Below are positions 17,215-25,860 of a stretch of 64,000 nt of DNA, one piece after another. The notes under the pieces are model-generated. The model worked only from the letters and a program-made list of their open reading frames with translations, did not search any database and was not told the DNA's origin. Each line of letters begins with the position of its first letter. The first letter of the stretch is position 1. The stretch lies in the IMG/VR virus record IMGVR_UViG_3300029906_000187, positions 537 through 64,536 of that record; one strand, 5' to 3'. Both the position numbers and the translations under genes were made by a program. The stretch comes from a virus.

Positions 17215-17566
17215 GCGACGCTGTAAATTCTTCGTCTGTCATGTACAGCTTCCGCATTTTTCGCCGCAATCTGGGATTGTATAGCTTCAGGTGCAGGATT
17301 TCCAGCCAGCGAACCAATCCGATTTGCGTTGGAAGCCAAAGCCGCATGGCAACAGCGGTTATATCTCCGGGGTACTCCCCCAACTTTTCGGTATCCCATT
17401 TCAGTTCCCACAAGCTGCACGCCGCGGAGATTCGCTGCTCTTCCGGGATCGTTGAAAGGCGTTCTGCCAGTCCGGGCACATTCCGCAGAAGATAATCTAC
17501 GGCAGTTCCGATTCTGACGCTTTCATCGGAAAACCCGATATATTTTTTCGATTTTTTGATTCGCAT
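17144..17566 (-). CDS. Hypothetical protein (first gene of the leftward early transcript)
   Basis: GGGGG RBS; 140 aa. Confidence 0.6.
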   Translation of the reverse strand: MRIKKSKKYIGFSDESVRIGTAVDYLLRNVPGLAERLSTIPEEQRISAACSLWELKWDTEKLGEYPGDITAVAMRLWLPTQIGLVRWLEILHLKLYNPRLRRKMRKLYMTDEEFTASLKGWGWVPLWMSLPDNSASRSEC

Positions 17567-17581
17567 GTCCCCCCTTCTTTC

Positions 17582-17664
17582 TTGACAATTTTCTTTTTTT
17601 GTGTTAAAATGGTTCTAATCTCTACCGACAAGTATATTATACACTACCTTTGGGTAGATGTCAA
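17582..17664. promoter_or_regulatory. Primary lysis/lysogeny switch: opposing SigA promoters and operator
   Basis: Plus TTGACA (17582)-17-TAAAAT; minus TTGACA (17664-17659)-17-TATAAT (17641-17636); CTACC-N4-GGTAG between the minus boxes. Confidence 0.8.
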
Positions 17665-17749
17665 TATGATAATCTAATTTTTTTTAGATTTGTGCGATTG
17701 TACAAATGCAACAATCTAAAATTAGGTAGAATTATTAAAGGAGTTGTAT

Positions 17750-18379
17750 ATGTTTTGGGAAAATTTCAAAAATCTTTGCGAATCTAAGGGTGAAACGCCT
17801 AACGGAGTATGTAAAGCGCTAAAATTTTCAAACGCTACCGCAACTCATTGGAAAAATGGAAAATCTCCAAATGCGAGATCCTTACAAGCAATTGCCGACT
17901 ATTTCGGAGTGACGGTCGACTATCTGCTCGGAAAGACGGACGAGAAAGAACCGAAATCTACCCGAAGGCCGGGCGTCCGCATCCCGGTTTACGGGAATGT
18001 TGCTGCCGGAGTACCGATTCTTGCAATCGAGAATTATGACAGCGATGATCCAGACGACTGGGAAGAGATTACCGAGAAAATGGCAAGCACAGGAGAATAT
18101 TTTGCTCTCCGGATTCATGGAGACAGCATGGAACCAAAAATCAGCAATGGAGACATTGTGATTGTACGTGTTCAGCAGACGATTGAATCCGGTGAAACTG
18201 CGATTGTGCGAATCAATGGCGATGAAGCAACCTGCAAGAAAGTGAAACGAACCCCGGAGGGCATGATGCTCATTTCCACCAATCCTGTATACGAGCCAAT
18301 GTTTTTCACGCCAAAGCAGGTTCAAGAGCTTCCCGTTGAAATCATCGGCAAGGTCGTTGAGCTGCGCGCCAAATTTTAA
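17750..18379 (+). CDS. CI/LexA-like repressor (HTH + S24 peptidase)
   Basis: N-terminal HTH; VAAG cleavage site; GDSMEP Ser and TCKKV Lys. Confidence 0.93.
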   Translation: MFWENFKNLCESKGETPNGVCKALKFSNATATHWKNGKSPNARSLQAIADYFGVTVDYLLGKTDEKEPKSTRRPGVRIPVYGNVAAGVPILAIENYDSDDPDDWEEITEKMASTGEYFALRIHGDSMEPKISNGDIVIVRVQQTIESGETAIVRINGDEATCKKVKRTPEGMMLISTNPVYEPMFFTPKQVQELPVEIIGKVVELRAKF

Positions 18380-18635
18380 TTCAGATCAATCGCCGTTCTA
18401 AACTCCACAAACAGTATATCACATGAAATCATATAATTGTAGAAGCACTTTTTACAAGGTTTTTTGTGAATATTTGATATTTTTCTACAATGTTTTTGTC
18501 TATACCGACAATTTCAGAGCTTTTGTAATGCCCTGAAACTACCTGTTTTCGTTTTCGGAATCAAGAGCGGATTTTTTGTATTGAGCGGCGAGCTCCGTCT
18601 GTTTAATAGTAGTTCTAACTACTACCGATGTCTAT

Positions 18636-18730
18636 ATTATATCGCACAATTCGCAATATGTCAACAATGAAATCGCAATATTCTTAAAATCGGCATCATG
18701 CACAATAATTAGATGTGCGAATTGTGCGAA
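18636..18730 (-). promoter_or_regulatory. Leftward SigA promoter with TCGCA(C)AAT operator repeats
   Basis: Minus TTGACA (18664-18659)-17-TATAAT (18641-18636); ATCGCACAAT, TTCGCAATAT, ATCGCAATAT and inverted ATTGTGCGAA. Confidence 0.75.
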
Positions 18731-18751
18731 TTTTTTTATATTGGAGGAAAT

Positions 18752-19126
18752 ATGTTTTACGATAATTTTATAAAGTTATGCGCAAAAAAAGGAGAGTCCC
18801 CCAATGCGGTAGCTGCAAAGTTGGGACTTTCCACTGGAACAGTAACATGGTGGAAAAAGGGGCGAATGCCGAGAGAGCCTTTGCTCTACAAAATAGCAGA
18901 GTATTTCAATGTATCTGTAGATTTTTTGCTGGGAAAAAGTACCGGAGAATCACAAGACCAAGCAGATAATATTCCCAGCAATCCTTATGGGTTAAATCTG
19001 AATCCCGACCAGACAGAAAAGCTAAAAGAAATCCTCGAGCGCTTCAATAAGCTACCAGAGGATAAGCAGGACGATTATTTGGATATGTTTGAGAAGATGC
19101 TGAAAATGAATGATACTAACGATTAA
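18752..19126 (+). CDS. Second XRE HTH repressor-like protein (no S24 domain)
   Basis: MFYDNFIKLCAKKGESPNAVA...VSVDFLLGK, similar to the CI N-terminus; GGAGG RBS. Confidence 0.88.
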   Translation: MFYDNFIKLCAKKGESPNAVAAKLGLSTGTVTWWKKGRMPREPLLYKIAEYFNVSVDFLLGKSTGESQDQADNIPSNPYGLNLNPDQTEKLKEILERFNKLPEDKQDDYLDMFEKMLKMNDTND

Positions 19127-19294
19127 GGAGAAAAAAATTAAGTATACAGCACTCAAAACGAAGATTCTGATATTGACCAACGCAGCCGATAAACAATACG
19201 TTTCCTTGGAGGATTTCAGAAACGAGGGTGCCGAATATATCGAACGAGAATTTGCCTCTGCATAAAGAGTAACTTGGAAAATTTGATTTGTGGG

Positions 19295-19323
19295 TTGACA
19301 TTTTTCTTGCTTTAGTATATAAT
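19295..19323 (+). promoter_or_regulatory. SigA promoter without a downstream ORF
   Basis: TTGACA-17-TATAAT. Confidence 0.75.
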
Positions 19324-19329
19324 AGTATT

Positions 19330-19452
19330 GTACCATTTTGGTGGTATATTTCTTCATTCAGATTAAACGTGGATGAATTGAAATGTTTTAATTTGTCCAT
19401 GGCAGTAAGCCATCTCACCCATACGAGATGTGCCGAGCCCATGGACTTTTTT
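19330..19452 (+). ncRNA. Candidate ~120-nt small RNA
   Basis: Consensus promoter upstream; ends in GTCCATGG...CCATGGAC stem (inner CATCTC/GAGATG) followed by T6. Confidence 0.4.
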
Positions 19453-19706
19453 GTATTATTTAATTTTGAGTGTTTAATATACAGAAAATAAATGATATAC
19501 ACAATAAATGATTTATAAATTTGTATATTTTACTATAAAATTAAAAGATTTTAGGATACGCTTGAAATTTTAATATATTTGTGTTATGATATTACATATA
19601 ATAACAGTGAATTTTTGTCGTGACAATATTGATTTTAGCATTTCTCCTGATATAAGACGTTTAACATTTTTTACACTCCAACCGGGGTGAAGGTCACAAA
19701 TACACT

Positions 19707-20357
19707 TTGATGTATAGGGAGTATGTTTTGGAATATGTTTTTGAAGAACTAAAAAAATTGATAGATTACATCCAATCGGTCTATACCGAAATTACAGAGG
19801 AATGGATACAAGGAACATGTGCCAAAATAAACTTAAAAAAGCATCAGATTTCTGATGTTGAAGTAAACGGAACGATATATAAAAATATCATGAGTTATGT
19901 TCAGTTTTTAAATGAACATAATGTGGGAATTACATTACAGCTTTCAAAAGTCTGTTCATATCCAGTGACTGCTCGTGTAAAAACGCAAAATTCAATAGAA
20001 TATAAGATTCAAAGCTATAAAACCGAGACACACGAATATGGAAAAGTTCCAATCATCAAATGCATCAATGACTTGTTTGGTATTAGAATCCTTTTAGGAG
20101 CCACTTTGACATTTAAAGAAATTCATAAGTTTATTGAGGAATTTTATCCGGCCAAATGCAAATGTATTGATTCAACAAAACTTGATTATAAAGCTGTTCA
20201 TCTCTACTTTAAAAAAGATAATCAGTCATTCCCGTGGGAACTGCAAATATGGAATCAATGTGATGCCAGTGGTAATTTTGCATCCCACAAAAAATACAAG
20301 CAAGGATATACCGATTGGGAAAAAGAAAGCAAGGAAGGAGGGATCATCGATGGTTAA
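19707..20357 (+). CDS. RelA/SpoT-homologue small alarmone synthetase-like toxin (toxSAS)
   Basis: ARVKTQNSIEYK, NDLFGIR, YKAVHL, WELQIW synthetase motifs; followed by a Panacea gene. Confidence 0.85.
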   Translation: MMYREYVLEYVFEELKKLIDYIQSVYTEITEEWIQGTCAKINLKKHQISDVEVNGTIYKNIMSYVQFLNEHNVGITLQLSKVCSYPVTARVKTQNSIEYKIQSYKTETHEYGKVPIIKCINDLFGIRILLGATLTFKEIHKFIEEFYPAKCKCIDSTKLDYKAVHLYFKKDNQSFPWELQIWNQCDASGNFASHKKYKQGYTDWEKESKEGGIIDG

Positions 20358-21105
20358 GCATTATATTATTATGAGCAGTTCGTATACAGATGGCACTCGT
20401 GTTGCATTGGATATTACAGAGGCCTCCCTGCTCAATTCCGAATCCATCTCAAAAATCATCCAAAGCATCCAGAAGCGCTGTGGTAAAGATGTTCCTTTGT
20501 CGTCCCACCTGATCGAAACAAAATCTGACACATGGGCGTCGGTTGCAGAATATGATCCGTTCTTTGAGAATGTTGTTTGCACCAAGTCGGCAGAGGATTT
20601 TTCCTCAAAAATAAAGAAAAGCAGGGTATTATCCGGGATTGACGTTGCGAGATACATTCTCACGAAAATAAAATGTACGCATCTTTCTGTACAAAAGCTG
20701 GTGTATTTTTCGTATGCGGATTATTTGTGTACACGCTCGAAACGCCTATTTGAAGATCAAATTTATGCCTTCAGGCATGGTCCCATTGTCGAAAGCGTGT
20801 ATAAAACCTACAAAGGGAGCGGGTATCAATATTTAAACGAGTTAGAGCTTGACACAGATCGCGATGTGCAAACCGAGGTAACGGAATTGCCGGCAAGAAG
20901 CAGAATCCTCTTTGCGGAAGATGGAGTTGAAAAACTCCAATCGATCAATCAGACAATTGAAAAATATGGGAGATACTCCGCTCGGGAGCTTGTCGAGATC
21001 ACGCATCGTTCCGGCTCGCCGTGGTCTCATACCGATAGTTCCAAAATATATCAGATTATCACGGATGAGGTTATTATGGCGCACCATCGCGCAGAGCGTC
21101 CATAA
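20350..21105 (+). CDS. panA: Panacea (DUF4065) antitoxin with ~90-aa N-terminal extension
   Basis: IDVARYIL...QKLVYF...AFRHGPIVESVY...ITH..GSPW; ATG 20350 overlaps the toxin stop. Confidence 0.88.
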   Translation: MVKHYIIMSSSYTDGTRVALDITEASLLNSESISKIIQSIQKRCGKDVPLSSHLIETKSDTWASVAEYDPFFENVVCTKSAEDFSSKIKKSRVLSGIDVARYILTKIKCTHLSVQKLVYFSYADYLCTRSKRLFEDQIYAFRHGPIVESVYKTYKGSGYQYLNELELDTDRDVQTEVTELPARSRILFAEDGVEKLQSINQTIEKYGRYSARELVEITHRSGSPWSHTDSSKIYQIITDEVIMAHHRAERP

Positions 21106-21180
21106 CCGTATCCTTAATTTGAGCCTCTTATCGAACTTATCCGATAGAGTGCAACGCTCCAACAACAATTTTAGATACAA

Positions 21181-21218
21181 AAATAACGCGCTGATCACAT
21201 GAGATCGGCGCGTTATTT
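21181..21218. terminator. Bidirectional hairpin terminator
   Basis: AAATAACGCGCTGATC/GATCGGCGCGTTATTT. Confidence 0.8.
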
Positions 21219-21363
21219 GGTAGTTGCCCCGTCTGTCCCGATTCGTATGATGGACAAAATTTATCGGAAACTTTTAGCAACAAAAATAGTAACATTTTAG
21301 GTGTTTTAATTAGTTTTATATAGCACAAAATGCATTATATCACACAAAAAGCATAAAACAAAA

Positions 21364-21421
21364 CCCCTGAAACTCAGCAATTCTGCCAAATTTCAGGGGC
21401 CGTCTGTATACTGGTGGAGAC
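21364..21421 (-). other. Candidate attP core (tRNA-Ala/tmRNA 3'-end-like) plus hairpin
   Basis: Minus strand reads GTCTCCACCA (21421-21412), then a CCCCTGAAA/TTTCAGGGG stem; directly downstream of int. Confidence 0.6.
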
Positions 21422-21576
21422 AATTGGAGGTTCCATAACACAATATATTGTATTATATAGTTGTATGATAATCAATATATAGTATATTTTTCGGCGTAGA
21501 AACAATTTAGTAACATTATAATAAAAATAATGTGCCAATATACCTTTTAGAAATACTGATTTTGTTACTAAAAAAA

Positions 21577-22713
21577 TCAGTTCAGCATTTCGATAATTCT
21601 GAATTTATCGCTATCATAAACATGCCCATATGTTTGTGTCACCTGCTCCACGGTATCGCCGATCAGATCGGCAACTACCATAAAGTTTGCGCCCAAATGG
21701 ATCAGCATAGATACAAACGAATGCCGAAGGTCATGCATTCTGATCCTTTTCACCCCGGCCTTTTTTATGTAAGATTCAAATGCGTGAGAAATCGTATTTT
21801 CGTGGATTGGTTTCTCTCCCCCAAAGAAAAATGGCATCTGACCTTGATACCGGGTAAGTTCATCCTTTAACGTCTGGCAAATGGGCGTCGCTCCGATTTT
21901 TTCGTTTTTGGATGTTGTGATTTTGTATGGCGAGCCGTCTATGGTCTTTCTCGTATAGGTCTTGTTGAAAATAATCTGGTTCTCCTGTACATCATCATAG
22001 TGGAGCGCCAGAACCTCCCCTCTGCGCCTCCCGGTAAAAAACAGCATGGTAAAGATTGTGTGATGTGTGGGGTTGTCCACAACCGCGATGAACTTCTCAA
22101 ATTCCTCTCTTGTCCAAATCTGCATTTTGGTTTTGGAAATGCGTTTTTTGGGCTTTGCAACCTCCTTCAGATGGTTCGGGTATCCATGGCGGCTTTCGCA
22201 CCATGACAAAAAAGCCCCGAAGTGCCCCCGTATCCTTTCCAGATACTCTGTCGAATAGCTTTTCCCTGTAGCCGGATTTTGGGATGACCACAGTTCATCC
22301 TGCCATTGGTACAGCCTCTCTTTTGTCAAGTCTGTTATTTTGCACTCTCCCAACATCGGAATGATGATTGAATTGTACAGTCGAATTTTCCCATATATTG
22401 AGCTGTCTTTATTCTGATTATGGAGAGATAAAATATATTTTGGTATGAGATCGGCTACTGTCGGAACCAATTTGATTGTTTCTTGAGATTTCTTTTTAAT
22501 GGGATTATTTTTCACCAGCGTACATTTATCGGTGATAAAGGTTGCATGAGCTTCTTTGGCAGCTTTTTTTGTTAAAAACCCGGATAATTTCTTTTGTATT
22601 TCCTTCCCATCCATTGTTACGATACGAAACACGACGTCATATACGGTGCCGTGCTTTTTTGTTTTTCGCTCTTGGATAGAGCATTTCGTTGACGAAATAT
22701 AGTACTCAACCAT
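21577..22713 (-). CDS. int: Tyrosine integrase
   Basis: FTGRRRGEVLAL, HDLRHSF, LIGDTVEQVTQTYGH; N-terminal arm-binding-like segment. Confidence 0.93.
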   Translation of the reverse strand: MVEYYISSTKCSIQERKTKKHGTVYDVVFRIVTMDGKEIQKKLSGFLTKKAAKEAHATFITDKCTLVKNNPIKKKSQETIKLVPTVADLIPKYILSLHNQNKDSSIYGKIRLYNSIIIPMLGECKITDLTKERLYQWQDELWSSQNPATGKSYSTEYLERIRGHFGAFLSWCESRHGYPNHLKEVAKPKKRISKTKMQIWTREEFEKFIAVVDNPTHHTIFTMLFFTGRRRGEVLALHYDDVQENQIIFNKTYTRKTIDGSPYKITTSKNEKIGATPICQTLKDELTRYQGQMPFFFGGEKPIHENTISHAFESYIKKAGVKRIRMHDLRHSFVSMLIHLGANFMVVADLIGDTVEQVTQTYGHVYDSDKFRIIEMLN

Positions 22714-22742
22714 TTTCAGTTCTCCTCTCTCTCCCTACATAA

Positions 22743-22771
22743 ATTATAGTATAGGGAACCGAAAAAGTCAA
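22743..22771 (-). promoter_or_regulatory. Integrase promoter
   Basis: TTGACT-17-TATAAT on the minus strand. Confidence 0.75.
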
Positions 22772-22851
22772 TAGTTTTTTGGGAGACCGCAGAACAAGCG
22801 GAATGTCTGTTTTTGTCGAAAACTTTTCTCCGCAAATTTTGTCAAAATATA

Positions 22852-22880
22852 TTGACAAATAATAGAAGTAAAGGTATAAT
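22852..22880 (+). promoter_or_regulatory. SigA promoter for moron 22979
   Basis: TTGACA-17-TATAAT. Confidence 0.8.
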
Positions 22881-22978
22881 TAAACCGATATGTATTTTGT
22901 AGATAAATATTAATATTAAAATAAACTCAATGTAACTATTTTACAAATCCAACAATCGTAGAAAGTGAGGGAAAGAAT

Positions 22979-23464
22979 ATGGGATGGGAAGAAAGCCAGT
23001 TTGGAGGGCTTGGGTCAAGAAAGGCAAAACAACCGAAGCAACCAAAAAAGAGAAAGAATCATGGCTACGTTTCTACACCAAGCCAAAGCACCTACCAACC
23101 GCAGCAGACACCCTACCCGGCGAATCAGGTATATTCACAACAGAGTACACCTCAATCATCAAGCACACGACATTTGGTTGCAAATTTAAAACCAACGCCA
23201 ATACCCAAAATTTTACGTGGAATTGGGATCGCATTTTTGGTATTAGGATGCTTGATGGCTATTGCGGCACTGATAACCGGCTTTACTATGAATACATATA
23301 TTGGGAGGTGGGTTATTCATTATGATTTTGTCTTCATATTGGTAGCTATTGTTTGCCTTTTAATTGGACTAATTGCAATGCTCCCGTTCTTTTATTATGC
23401 AAAAAAATTAGAGTTGTTGGAAGAAATCAGAAATGCGCTTTATAAAGATAGATTTGATGTATAA
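22979..23464 (+). CDS. Moron; two-TM membrane protein
   Basis: Q/P-rich N-terminus, two hydrophobic helices; possible exclusion protein (inference). Confidence 0.7.
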   Translation: MGWEESQFGGLGSRKAKQPKQPKKRKNHGYVSTPSQSTYQPQQTPYPANQVYSQQSTPQSSSTRHLVANLKPTPIPKILRGIGIAFLVLGCLMAIAALITGFTMNTYIGRWVIHYDFVFILVAIVCLLIGLIAMLPFFYYAKKLELLEEIRNALYKDRFDV

Positions 23465-23509
23465 TAAAATACGAGGAGATCGCCGATGACGGTTGCTCCC
23501 CTCACGCGG

Positions 23510-23554
23510 AAAAGATAACCGCTGTATTAAGGGTACGGGCGGTTATCTTTTTTT
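23510..23554. terminator. Bidirectional terminator overlapping the type I toxin stop
   Basis: AAAAGATAACCGC...GCGGTTATCTTTTTTT. Confidence 0.85.
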
Positions 23555-23632
23555 GCTATTGATGTAGCAGGACAGAATTACAAATGCAAGTGTCACAACC
23601 TGCAGCAGGTCGTTCCATGTGACATACGCCAT
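23543..23632 (-). CDS. 29-aa type I (holin-like) toxin, not in ORF track
   Basis: GGGGAGG RBS; MAYVTWNDLLQVVTLAFVILSCYINSKKR; SD sequestered in hairpin 23639-23663. Confidence 0.8.
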   Translation of the reverse strand: MAYVTWNDLLQVVTLAFVILSCYINSKKR

Positions 23633-23760
23633 TCTATCGCCTCCCCCTGTATATGGGGAAGGCAAAAGATGTTCGACATCCCAAGATGTGTTCAAAGGGA
23701 AACAACCGCCACCGTTATGGCAATCTCCAAGGCCGCCGGGAAAATCCCGACGGCCTTTTC

Positions 23761-23789
23761 ATTATAGCATGGAGGGGGCGGTTTGTCAA
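23761..23789 (-). promoter_or_regulatory. Type I toxin promoter
   Basis: TTGACA-17-TATAAT with TG; the -35 overlaps the holin TGA. Confidence 0.85.
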
Positions 23790-24169
23790 GATGCTTTTGC
23801 CTGTTTCACGTCATACAACGCCGCTTCAATCTGCGAGGTCAGCCATTCGTCAAGGTCGCCGAAGTGGCTTGTGATGTACTTCTTAAAGTCGTCGGAAAGC
23901 TCGGATTTGCAGGTTTCCAGCGCCATTGTAAGGGCCTGTTTCTGCGCCTCTGCTGTCCACGCATCGGTTCCCTTGATGCCATCCACGTAGGTCTGATAGG
24001 TCTTTTTGACCGCGCCGGTAACAATTTGCAGTGAGGTTTGCAGACAGCTTTGCAGCTTTTCGTCCTTGATTTTGGAATTGATCATGGACGAAAGTCGCGC
24101 GACCGCGTAGGAAAGCAGTGCTCCCAGCACCATAGTGATGATTTTGATGATGATTTCTTGCCAGTTCAT
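23786..24169 (-). CDS. Phage holin (LL-H-like)
   Basis: Single N-terminal TM; AVKKTYQTYVD...IEAA. Confidence 0.75.
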   Translation of the reverse strand: MNWQEIIIKIITMVLGALLSYAVARLSSMINSKIKDEKLQSCLQTSLQIVTGAVKKTYQTYVDGIKGTDAWTAEAQKQALTMALETCKSELSDDFKKYITSHFGDLDEWLTSQIEAALYDVKQAKAS

Positions 24170-24210
24170 TGTTTTTTCTCCTTTACAGTTTCAGTATTTA
24201 TTTTTGTTTT

Positions 24211-25542
24211 TTAAGCCGTTCCCGAAGATGTCGTTGATGTGAATTGCGGAATATCGTTTGCGCTGACGGCAGTGATGGACATCGCGCCGGTTTCCCCGAT
24301 GGGCAAGCTGAACGATTGAATAACATGCTTCTCCACCGGACTTTCCTGCTTGTCCGTCCGTACAATCGATACCAGACCGTTCTCAATCAGATGGAACATC
24401 TGCTGGCATTGAATGGACACGGACTTGCGCAGGATCGTCTTTCGCTTCAGATTCCATGTTGCCAGATCCACGCACTGCTGCACATTCCAAAAGGTTGCCC
24501 CCTCCAGCTTGTAAGGCCGCCGGCCAATGATATTGATATTCGTATCGCTTGCAGGATCATAATTCTCCGCCGAAGCCCACACAATCTCCCCGGAGTTCCC
24601 TTCCCCGATAACGAGCACTTGGTTGCACACCTCGCTGTTCTTTTGCGTCTCCGATATGCTGAACAACAGGCTGTTGTTTGGAGTAAAGCTCCAAAGCACG
24701 GCCTTCTCCTCATCAAAGATGTCATCCTGTGATGCCTCAATCCGCAGCGCGCCGGTCTGGTCGTATCCGATGATACCGGCAATCAGGTCATTCATCGTGA
24801 GAACCAGATTGCCGAATGTACCGCCGGATGCCTCCCTGATGGAATATGGCGTTTGCAGCATCGGAATATCCGATGTAATAGAGCCGTCGCTGTTCGTCGC
24901 CGAGTAGGTTTTGTCATCGTAATAATCCGTGAATACCGGCGCGGTACTGTCAATTTGCAACTGCGGATCGGTTGTGGCGGAAGTCAGATTGATTTTGGAG
25001 AAGGTCAGAATCTTTTTGATTTCGTCGAAGATATTTTGACCTTCTGCTACAACATAGTTTGCCTCCAACGTTCCGAACAAGCTGCCATTGAGGTAGTTCC
25101 ATTTATCTACCAGCGGAAACGTGACTGTTCGGGAATCGGGCTGAAAGACGGCTTGCGGATCTTTGATGTAGAAAACGCCCTGCGGCAGATAGAAGTCGGT
25201 TCCGTCCGGCAACACCAATCCCATCAGAAGTCTTACCTGCTGCCCGAACCAGATTTTGTTGATGTTGTAGTCGAACGCATCGTCCAGATTGGCAAGTGTT
25301 ACAGTGGCTTTTCTGCGCTCACCGTTCTGCAAGGAGACGTTCAATGTCCCTCCTTGAATAAAGGCACGGGAATCATGAGTTGTCATATAGCCCCGCTTGA
25401 AGGTATTTCCAAGCGAAAACGCCACGGAACCGTCCGGCTGGAGGAATTCCAGCTTTGATAGCTTCTGAAATCCTTTCCCGCTTTTCAGTGCTTGGAGATA
25501 CTGTGCGTACCGATTTGTCAATGTGCTTCTCCCTCCAGTCAC
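24211..25542 (-). CDS. Minor tail/tail-tip structural protein
   Basis: 443 aa, last gene of the tail module; PLG/GVF-like motif PQGVFYI. Confidence 0.65.
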   Translation of the reverse strand: MTGGRSTLTNRYAQYLQALKSGKGFQKLSKLEFLQPDGSVAFSLGNTFKRGYMTTHDSRAFIQGGTLNVSLQNGERRKATVTLANLDDAFDYNINKIWFGQQVRLLMGLVLPDGTDFYLPQGVFYIKDPQAVFQPDSRTVTFPLVDKWNYLNGSLFGTLEANYVVAEGQNIFDEIKKILTFSKINLTSATTDPQLQIDSTAPVFTDYYDDKTYSATNSDGSITSDIPMLQTPYSIREASGGTFGNLVLTMNDLIAGIIGYDQTGALRIEASQDDIFDEEKAVLWSFTPNNSLLFSISETQKNSEVCNQVLVIGEGNSGEIVWASAENYDPASDTNINIIGRRPYKLEGATFWNVQQCVDLATWNLKRKTILRKSVSIQCQQMFHLIENGLVSIVRTDKQESPVEKHVIQSFSLPIGETGAMSITAVSANDIPQFTSTTSSGTA

Positions 25543-25844
25543 GAAAAATCAATTTTCTGCCACACAATGGCGTTGCGCCATGAGTTGAAGATCACGGCAA
25601 CCCAGACCGCATCTCCAACCGACACATCTGCAACGTCAGGAGTGTACGGCAGCCACATTGTATTCTCATCCCCTGCAATTTTGACAAGGCATCCGGTCAC
25701 TCCAAGGACAGTGCTTGGCACAGATACTACCGTGGCTTTGTATACACGAAAGCAGGACTTGAAGTCGGAATCATTCTTGATAATATCCAGAATGATGGGC
25801 TTGAGTGCGCGCTTGAGCTGATCGCTGTCATCCAGAATAGACAT
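25539..25844 (-). CDS. Small tail protein (OB-fold spike-like)
   Basis: KATVVSV...VSVGDAVWV; start revised to MSILDD. Confidence 0.5.
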   Translation of the reverse strand: MSILDDSDQLKRALKPIILDIIKNDSDFKSCFRVYKATVVSVPSTVLGVTGCLVKIAGDENTMWLPYTPDVADVSVGDAVWVAVIFNSWRNAIVWQKIDFS

Positions 25845-25860
25845 ATCTGTTCCCTCCTTT

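Noticed and set aside
18435-18492. TTGTAG/CTACAA half-sites shared with the 10.1-kb operator
   Set aside because: Wrong orientation and about 40 bp apart; 6-mers expected by chance in AT-rich DNA
21400-21480. tRNA gene
   Set aside because: Only a 10-nt 3'-end-like core; no cloverleaf upstream
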